The notes below the pieces were generated by a model. It was not told where the DNA came from and ran no database searches. It worked only from the letters and a program-made list of their open reading frames with translations. A stretch of 64,000 bases of DNA from positions 256,001-320,000 of the forward strand of contig CAVYRH010000005.1 in the NCBI GenBank assembly GCA_963770835.1, written 5' to 3'. Shown one piece after another: positions 29,454 through 38,200 of the stretch. Positions within the stretch are counted from its first letter, which is position 1. Each line of letters opens with the position of its first letter. This DNA comes from an uncultured Pseudomonadota bacterium (GTDB taxonomy: Bacteria; Oederibacteriota; Muellerivitia; Muellerivitales; Muellerivitaceae). The position numbers and the translations under genes are program-made.

Positions 29454-31010
29454 ATGGGAGAGCGGAAATGGCTTTATATCTTTTTGGGAGTGTTTCTTTT
29501 AGCCGGTTTTCAAAACGTTTCGGCGCAAACCGATCCATTTCGGGAAGTCATTGATTATCTCAACAATAAACCGTACACAGCTGACAAGGCCGACCTGACG
29601 AAAGCCGATTTGAAAGTTGGCGATGAAGTCGATCAGGCACTGACTGATGTCGGTCTTTCCGTCTACACGCTCCTTCGAAACGAACCTTTTGCCCGTCACG
29701 GCTACCTCTTCAAGGATATGATATTACAGGACATTTTCTCCCAAACTAATTGGTATAAAGGGAACCCGGATTTCCAGTTCGGACAACTGAGCCCCCAAGA
29801 GAGCAAGAACGTCGAGTTCATCAAGTCCATCGAAAGCAATTACGATTACGATAATATCGCGAATTCCTTGAAAACCCTTAATAGCTCGCTTCTCGACGAT
29901 GATCTTTACAGCGCCATGTCCCTGCCCTTTCCCCACGATGTTTTGATGTCGCTCCACCACGTTCGGTTGAACCCGTCCCGCCTGTTGCGGAACCTGATCT
30001 TTGCGAAACGCGGGTACATCTTTAACGAGCCATTGCTTAAAAATATTTTCTCAAGGACGGACTGGTATTCGCCGAAATCCGGGAATATCGCGGATATCCT
30101 TCCACAGATGTCCAAGACGGAAGTAAGGGATATCGAATTGTTGCGGAAAAAAGAGTGGGTCGACATTTTAGACTCCGTGAATTTCACGCTGCCCAAGGGC
30201 ATGTTTTTCATTCCCACCATCGGGTTTAACGCCCTGTTCATCCGTGAATTGACGTTTCAAGGCGAACCCTACTATTACAGTTCTAGCTTGTTCGACTTCG
30301 CCGAGGCCGCGGACGCCGGGATTTTGGATGGCCACAAAACAAACGCGGAAGAGCTGGTGGCCCCGGATGTCATCGCCAAGATTGAAGCCGAACCGGATCC
30401 GGCCAAGAAACTCGTTCTGTTTTTTAACAATAAGAAATACAAGGGCTACGCGGATACGATCGTTTTCAACCATAGCGACATGCAAGTTCCCACCTATCTT
30501 CAGGAGGCGGTCAAGGATTATGGCGTGGATTACCTGGTTTTGCTCCGGAAGGAAATCCACGCCAGGGTCGGCGTCAAGTTCGCGGACCAGAGAAGTTTCA
30601 ATATATTTTCTAAATGCGGTTGGTACAAAGCTCGGTATGACTTGACGCCTTTCACCGAAAGCCGTTTTCCCCCGGAAGCGAAAATCAGCAAAACCGAAAT
30701 CCGGAACTTCTCCCTATTGGAGGGGGTAGAGCTGGCTCCGAAAGCCTTGCTTTACAGGGATAAAAACATGGTCGCGGACCTTAAAAACGATAGTTTTGTT
30801 TTCGTTAAGGTTGGAAGAGTGAAGATTCCCAGTTCGGAGTCCGATGAAGAATCCGACGAAGAAATGGAAATCGGGTCTGAATATCCAACCCTGGAAGCCT
30901 ATGAGAAGGGGTCCTTGCAATCGGTAATCGACGATATTTTTAAGCGAATCAGAATCGATGGGAACGAGTATAAGGAACAAGAAGTGGGGTATACCGCCAG
31001 AGGAATGTGA
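29454..31010 (+). CDS. exported protein with three YARHG-like domains
   Basis: LLRNEPFARHGYLF, LLRNLIFAKRGYIF and LLRKEIHARVGVKF, each followed by F...WY. Confidence 0.8.
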   Translation: MGERKWLYIFLGVFLLAGFQNVSAQTDPFREVIDYLNNKPYTADKADLTKADLKVGDEVDQALTDVGLSVYTLLRNEPFARHGYLFKDMILQDIFSQTNWYKGNPDFQFGQLSPQESKNVEFIKSIESNYDYDNIANSLKTLNSSLLDDDLYSAMSLPFPHDVLMSLHHVRLNPSRLLRNLIFAKRGYIFNEPLLKNIFSRTDWYSPKSGNIADILPQMSKTEVRDIELLRKKEWVDILDSVNFTLPKGMFFIPTIGFNALFIRELTFQGEPYYYSSSLFDFAEAADAGILDGHKTNAEELVAPDVIAKIEAEPDPAKKLVLFFNNKKYKGYADTIVFNHSDMQVPTYLQEAVKDYGVDYLVLLRKEIHARVGVKFADQRSFNIFSKCGWYKARYDLTPFTESRFPPEAKISKTEIRNFSLLEGVELAPKALLYRDKNMVADLKNDSFVFVKVGRVKIPSSESDEESDEEMEIGSEYPTLEAYEKGSLQSVIDDIFKRIRIDGNEYKEQEVGYTARGM

Positions 31011-31026
31011 AACCTCCGGCAAATTA

Positions 31027-31106
31027 TTAACGGAATCTTAATATTGAAATACCGGCCATGACCGGCCTTAAGCGCCGGTGTCTGTTCCAAACTTCCGGCA
31101 TTCCTT
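31027..31106 (+). promoter_or_regulatory. 80-bp intergenic repeat copy A, starting with an 11-bp-period TTAAC box
   Basis: 60/80 ungapped identity to 31707-31786 by hand count. Confidence 0.55.
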
Positions 31107-31171
31107 CAGGAAAATACGGGATAATAAGGGAATTCGACGGTAGAAGATTTTTAACCCATAAGGCGGACCCA

Positions 31172-31669
31172 ATGGCCAAGGTTTTAGGTTTGATCTGGTT
31201 GGCTCTTTTTGTTTCCTTGATGGTTTATTTCTATTCATCCATTGACGGTTTACCCGACCGGCTGGCGGTTCATTTTGACGCCGGCGGGAATCCCAACGGG
31301 TTCCAAAGCAAAACCGCGTTTACGGGCACTTTTCCACTGTTTGTGCTGCTGATCAATGGTCTCTTGGCGGTTTTTTGCTGGGCCATCCATAAAATCCCGG
31401 CCCAGTTCATCAATGTCCCCTGGAAAAGCTATTGGCTGTCCACACCCGATAGAATTTCTCAAATGAACGAGAGGATGCCGGCAGCCATGATGTTGGTGGG
31501 GCTTTTCGTCAACGTCGTCTTCTTTTTCGCGGTTCACGCCATCGTGCAGGCCAACAGCAAGGAAGCGGGGATCAACATCCCCATCAACGCCGGCGTGTTG
31601 GGGATTTTTGTGCTTTCCCTTTTTTTATTGGCGGCACTCTTGATGATCTTTAAGCCTCGTGGCGAATAG
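31172..31669 (+). CDS. DUF1648-type membrane protein
   Basis: LPDRLAVHFDAGG.PNG.. motif, INVP...YW, four TM segments. Confidence 0.8.
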   Translation: MAKVLGLIWLALFVSLMVYFYSSIDGLPDRLAVHFDAGGNPNGFQSKTAFTGTFPLFVLLINGLLAVFCWAIHKIPAQFINVPWKSYWLSTPDRISQMNERMPAAMMLVGLFVNVVFFFAVHAIVQANSKEAGINIPINAGVLGIFVLSLFLLAALLMIFKPRGE

Positions 31670-31706
31670 CCGTTCCTTTTGCCCCCGCAAACCAAAACCC
31701 CAAGTT

Positions 31707-31786
31707 TTAACAGAATCTTCACATCGAAATACCGGCCATATTCGGCCTTGAAAGCTCATGCCCGTCCCTCGCTTCCGGCATACCTT
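31707..31786 (+). promoter_or_regulatory. 80-bp intergenic repeat copy B
   Basis: see copy A. Confidence 0.55.
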
Positions 31787-31851
31787 GCTTATTCGTTCCA
31801 GAAAGCGCATGATGCTCATCCGGCCGTTCTCTTCGCCGAAGGAGCCACCCC

Positions 31852-32088
31852 ATGAAACAAGTCCGATACCCCGAAAGCATTTTCTGCGCGGAATGCGAAA
31901 GCCATGTCGAAATGCGCAACTGCAGGATCCTGGACCGAAAAACCAAGGGGAAGACCCAGGTGGAATTCGACTACGTCTGCGTCACCTGCGGCCACCGCGC
32001 TTCCGCAAGCCGCGACTTCGAGTACCTTCAATTCAGCGAGAGGGACTTTTGCCAATCCAAGGGCCTCGCCTTGGCGGGCCGGGCTTAA
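31852..32088 (+). CDS. small zinc-ribbon protein
   Basis: AAGGAG RBS, CAEC...CVTCGH. Confidence 0.65.
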   Translation: MKQVRYPESIFCAECESHVEMRNCRILDRKTKGKTQVEFDYVCVTCGHRASASRDFEYLQFSERDFCQSKGLALAGRA

Positions 32089-32204
32089 GCGCTTTTCCTC
32101 CATTTCTAAAATTCTCTCCCATCCGGCAAGGTTAACGCTCCGTTAAGGGTGGATTTTCCAGAAAATCCACTCATCCTCCCTTTGATTTTCCGGCCAAGAG
32201 TTCC

Positions 32205-32233
32205 TTGAAATTTTCCAAACAAGTCTGTATAAC
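32205..32233 (+). promoter_or_regulatory. putative sigma70 promoter of the autotransporter
   Basis: TTGAAA-17 bp-TATAAC. Confidence 0.55.
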
Positions 32234-32296
32234 CCCTTCATCCAAATACCGAACATCGCCTTTCCTCGCCACCCTTTGAAATTGGGGGATTCAAAG

Positions 32297-35200
32297 TTGT
32301 CTACGAAGCCTCAATATCGATTTTCCTTAGCGCGGTTTTTCCTGCCCTTCGCATTTGGCCTTTTTGCCACCTCTCTTCACGCCCAAAGCGCCTCGGTGAC
32401 CGCCTCCACGGCAATAGGGGATGACAGCACCGGTTCCTTAGGCGCGGCCATTACGGCCCTGGACGCCACTTCCAGCGGCGGCAACATTCAAATCACCTTC
32501 CCCAACAACAGTTCCATTTCCTTACTCCAATTCATCGGCAACGGCACCCAGCCCATCACAATGATCAGCCCCAACGGGGGCGTTAGCTTTGGGCTCATCG
32601 GTAACAATGCCAATAACGGGTCCACGAACTACAATTTCACCCAGCTCACCCTGGGCCTCAACGTGGGTTTTAACCTGACGAACTCCGGCCCCACCACCGT
32701 TTCAACGGACACCAATGACAGCGCGGGCTTCAACATCACTTCATTGACCCTGAATTCGGGCTCCCAATTAAGCGTTACCTTCGGCCCCGGGCAAATCGGC
32801 ACTTCCGACGCCAACGGCGCGGTGGGCGGGAACGCTTATGTCACTGTGGGAGGCGCTACTTCCCTCAATGGCGGCACCTTACAACTGCTGGGCGGTACGG
32901 GCGGGCAGGGTGGAGTTAACGGTGGGTCCGGCAGCACGGGCGGAGCGGTCAGCCTAAGCCTGGGACCTCTCAGCGGCAGCGGAACCCTGAATCTCCAGGG
33001 CGGTACGGGCGGCCAGGGTAATTCGGGCGGCGGCTACGCCAACGGCGGCGACGGTGGTTCGGTTCTGGCCTTGATGGGGCCGGTCAGCCTTTCCAATTCC
33101 GCCCTCACGGTGGAGGGCGGCACGGCGGGGGCGGCCCAAAATGGCACGATCAGCAACGGGGGCTCGGGCGGAAGCGCCGGCGTCAGCATGCAATCCCTCT
33201 ATCTAAACGACACTTCCACACTGTTTGCCGGCGGGAATGGGGCGGTGGGTGGGGCAGGCGCCCAAGCCCAGAGCGGACAGAACGGCGGCAACGGCGGTTC
33301 GGGCGGGGCCTTAGGTGTGACCCTGGGCGATTTCACCATGACCGGTTCAAGCTATAGCTTGGGGGCCATTGGCGGTAACGGCGGGGCCGGCGGCGCGGGC
33401 GGGAACAGCAATACGACCACCACCAACGGCAACGGCGGGACTGGCGGCACGGGCGGAACCGGGGGCGGCGCCTTGTTCACGGCGGGGGCGGTTTCCATGG
33501 CCGGAACCAACCTGAGCCTGGAAGTCCTGGGCGGAAACGGCAACAGCGGTGGTAACGGGGGATACGCCAATCCCGACGGGTCCGGCGGCAGTGGTGGTAA
33601 CGCGGGCGATGGCGGGAACTCAGTTTTTGATTCCACCAGCCTGTCCCTCGCTGGCGCCTCCGTAACGGTTCAAGGGGGTGCGGGTGGAAATGGCGGGAAC
33701 GGCAGTACCGGCGGTAGTTGGGACATGGGCTCGAGCTACGCTGGCTTTACGGGTGGACAAGGGGGCCAAGGCGGTAACGGGGGCAGTGCGGGCCTGACAA
33801 CAACCTCCTCCCTTTCCCTGAGGTCGGCCGCAACCCTGACGGTTGTGGGCGGAACCGGGGGCAACGCGGGCCAAGGCGGTTCGGCCGGCAATGGGGATTA
33901 TGGCGCGGACGCCGGCGGCACCGGGGCCAATGGCAACGACAGCGGCGACGGGGGCCAGGGCGGCAATGGCGGCAACAGCTCCATCCCCGTGACGTCGATT
34001 TCATCCGGAACGACAACTATCTCGGATACCTCTCCCGGCCAAACCGGCGGCAACGCGAACCTTCAAACCTCCAATCTTTCCATGGGTGTTTCCGACCAAT
34101 TAACCCTGTCCGGCGGCAACGGGGGGGTGGGGGGGACTCCCGTGACCTCGGTTTCGGCGGGGGTCACCACCATCACGGCTAATTCGGGCGGCCCGGGTGG
34201 CGCAGCGGGTTATTATTCCGCCGGCGCCGGGTCCCCGGACACCAGTGGTTATGTCTCCTCCACAGGCGGTAATGGGGGCAACGGCGGATCAGGAGGCGGA
34301 GGCGGCTTGGGGGGCAATGGCGGCAACGGTGGAAACGCCTCCTTGAGCGCGGGGGCCGTTTCCCTAGGTTCCTACGACCTTTTGGCCGTCACCGGCGGCG
34401 CGGGCGGCATGCCCGTGACCACCGTTTCCTCCTCCGGCGGGCAGACGATCGTGACGGTTTATTCCGGCGGCAACGGCGGCGGCGGTAACGGCGGCAGCGT
34501 GGGGGGAACGGGCAGTTATGGCCGTAACGACGGTAACGGGGGCAACGGAGGGGCGGGCGGCACGGGAGGCTTCGGAGGGGATGGTGGGGCGGGCGGCAAT
34601 GCGTCCATGGCCGTTTCCAGCCTGACCCTCGCCGGGGACGGGGACATGGTGGACGTGACCGGCGGGGCGGGCGGCAATGGCGGGACAGCCGGATCGGGCG
34701 CCCAAGGCGGCTTGGGCGGATCGGATAATGGAGGCGTGGCCAGCTACAACCAAAGCGGCACCAATGGTGACGGGGGCTACGGCGGCAACGGCGGGGGCGG
34801 CGGTTTTGGCGGCGCGGGCGGGATCCTAACCCAAAGCATCAACAACTCAGGAGTCACCACGACGAATGTGGTCTCGGGCGGGAACGCGGCCTTGACCGTA
34901 TCCGGAACCCTTTTAATGCAGGGGTCGGGCGACGAGGTGAATGTGGCGGGCGGAGCCGGGGGAACGGGAGGGCTGGCCGGCAATGGAAACCAGGGCGCCA
35001 GCGGCGGCATGGGCGCCTCCAGCGATAACGCCGGTACCAGCGCACCCGGCGGAAACGGCGGCTACGGCGGGTTCGGCGGCTTTGGCGGCAATGGCGGCAA
35101 CGCAGGCGTGAGCCTGGGGATGCTTGACATGGCTGGGACCAATGAAATCTTCAATGTGACCGGAGGGGCGGGCGGAAACGGCGGCTTTGGCGGCGAGGGC

Positions 35201-38200
35201 GGCAACGGCGGCCCCGGAGGACAGGGAGCCGATGGCGGCAGCTGCAGCGGATGCTCGGGTGGCCAGGGCGGCAACAGCGGATACGGTTCAGCCGTCGCTT
35301 ATTTCAACAGCCAATTCAACTTCACCTCGGGTGGTTTTGGGGGCTTTGGTGGAAACGGCGGGAACGCCGGACTGACCGTGGGTTCGCTGTCCATGGGCGT
35401 ATCGGGCGACATCCTCAACGTGGCCGGCGGGGCTGGGGGCGGCGGCGGCTTCGCCGGAGCCGGCGGCAACGCCGTGACGGCCGGCGCGGGGGGCACGGGC
35501 CAAAATGGGGCGCCGGGCGGCAACGGCGCGCCGGGCGGCAATGGAGGAGCAGGCGGCGGGGGTGGAAACGGCGGCGCTGCAACCCTGGTGGCGGGCTTAG
35601 CCACAATGGTTTCGGGCACGGCGGTTTCGGTTACCGGCGGGAATGGAGGCGCGGGAGGCGGCGGCGGGAATGGGGGCAACGGCGGCACGGGCGGCGTGGG
35701 CGCCTCAGGTTCTTCCGGCTTAAACGGCGGTTTCGGCGGCAACGGCGGCGCGGGCAACAACGGCGGCGGAGCCGGCATGGGTGGCGAAGGCGGCATGGGC
35801 GGCAACGCCTCGGTCAGCCTGGGTTCCCTTAATATGGCCTCCAACTCGACCTTTGCGGTTCTGGGCGGAAACGGCGGCTACGGCGGCATCAGCGGTTCGG
35901 GCGGGGAAGGCGGCAACGGCGCCAGCGGCGGCAACGGCGGCGACGGATACCAGATTGTTACCACGGTCATCAGCGACACAGTGGCCATCATCGGCTTTAT
36001 TCCAACTGCGGGCCTATCGGCTGGGATCGTGGACCTGACCCTGGGCATCTACGTTCAGGCTGAGAACCAGGAACAACTTGAGGTCGTCCAGCCACCCCCC
36101 AACAGCGGGCTTCCTGATTACAACCCGGTTTCCCTGCAGGGCGGCAACGGCGGCAATGGCGGCAACGCCTTCTATAACGGAGTCACCTTGAACATGGCCT
36201 CGGGGGACAATTTCACCGTCGCGGGAGGTTACGGCTGGAACGGCAGCAACAACGGTTTCGGGGGTTCGGACGGAGTGACCGGAACCAACGGTTCGAACGG
36301 CAACAACATCGGCGGCGGTTTCGGCGGCGGGGCGGGGCCCGGGGGTGTCGGCGGTTCGTCGGGCGGGGGCGGCACCGCGGGCAGTGGCGGAAACGGCGGC
36401 TATGGCGGCAATGCCTGGGTGACTCTGGGCGCTGTGACCGAACTTGGCAACATGGGGGGCCAATCCACGACCTTCCTCGTGGGAGGCGGCGCGGGCGGCG
36501 TCGGCGGCAGTGGAATCTTCGGCCAGGGCTCGACGATTACGGTGGGCACGGGCGGCAACGGCGGCGCGGGCGGCAATGCGGCGGTTTCCATTAATTCCAT
36601 GGCCCTCGTCGGGGCCCAGGCCTGGGTGACGGGGGGAGCGGGCGGCCAAGGCGGCGCCAGCGTCAGCGAAAGCGGCGGGACCGGCGGATTGGGCGGCAAC
36701 GCGGCCATGACAGTGGGCTCCCTTTTCTCGGAAGCCAGTACGGTAGGTATCCTGGGTGGCGCGGGCGGTACGGCGGGCGCGGACGGCGGAAGCGGCGCGG
36801 CGGGTGGCGCGGCCAGCCTGATGGCGGGCGGCGTGACGCTGGTTTCCGGTTCCACGACCCTGGTGAACGGCACCGTGAACACCTATACCTCCCTTTTGAA
36901 CGTCCAGGGTGGAAAAGGCGGAAGTGTCCTGGCCGGGCAGGGGGGCCTCAGTGGGGCCAACGGCGGGAACGCCTTTGCCCAGATCGGCACCCTGGCGGTG
37001 CAGAATTCCACGGTTACTGTGGCGGGAGGGATGGGGGGCAACGCCGACAACGGCGGCATCAACGGCACGGGAGGCTCGGGCGGCGGGGCCACCCTGGTTT
37101 CCTCTAACCTCAACATCTTGTCGGGCTCCATCCTGGTGGCCGGCGGGGCGGGGGGAACGGGCGGCGGCGCGGGTGCGGGCGGCAATGGCGGCAACGCGAA
37201 TTGGGGCGGTGGCGGCAATGTGACCCTTTCCGGCCCTGTTAGCGTGATGGGCGGCCTAGGCGGCAACGGCGGCCAGGGCAATTCGGGCGCGTCGGGCAGC
37301 GGCGGTGCGGGCGGAAACGGCGGAAGTGTGGCCTTGGACATGCAGAACCTGACCATTGTCTCCGGAAGCCTCCTGAACATCGCCGGGGGCGGAGGCGGCA
37401 CGGACGATTATTCCAGCCAAAATTACGGCGGCGGAGCAGGCAACGGTGGAAGCGGCAGCCTGACTATTACCGGCACCCTGAGCCTCTCCAGCGGCGCCAC
37501 CTTGGACGTCTCGGCCGGCGAAGCGGGCCTGGCCGTGGGCAGCGACCCGGCGGGCACGAACGGCTCGGCCAGTGTTTCCATCGGCAACATCCTGGGCAAC
37601 GGCACCATCGACATCACGGGCCAGGGTCAATCCACCTTCCAGATCGGCGGTTTCGGGGGCTTCGGCGGGACGCTGGAGGGGACGACCCAAATGGACGTCA
37701 ACGGCGCCTACGTGACCTTGACCGGCAACAATACCTATAGCGGCGGCACCAGCATCTCCAACGGGGGAATCCTGACCGTTGCGGACGGTAATTCCTTGGG
37801 CGCGGCTGGGACGACAATCGACTTAAATGTGGGCACCCTGAGGATCGGGTCCGATTCCAATGTCAGCCAGCCCCTGGACATGGTGAACCGGGGTTTCGTG
37901 GACGCCATGGGCAACGCCGTCACCTTGTCCGGCGCCATCAGCGGCCCGGGCGCGCTCTGGCTTTATGGGAATGAGTACAGCGGCATTTATGGAGGCCCGG
38001 GGACCATCGCCCTGACGGGCGACAATACCTTCAGCGGCGGGCTGACAGTGAACATGTACACGACCTTGAACGCGGTCAACGACAATAATTTCGGGGCCGC
38101 TTCCAACCTGTTGGACATGATGGGCCAGTCCACCCTGCAGGCCGGGGCAAATTTCGATGTAAACCACGTGATTTCTCTCGACGAGGGCAGCGCCAGCCTG

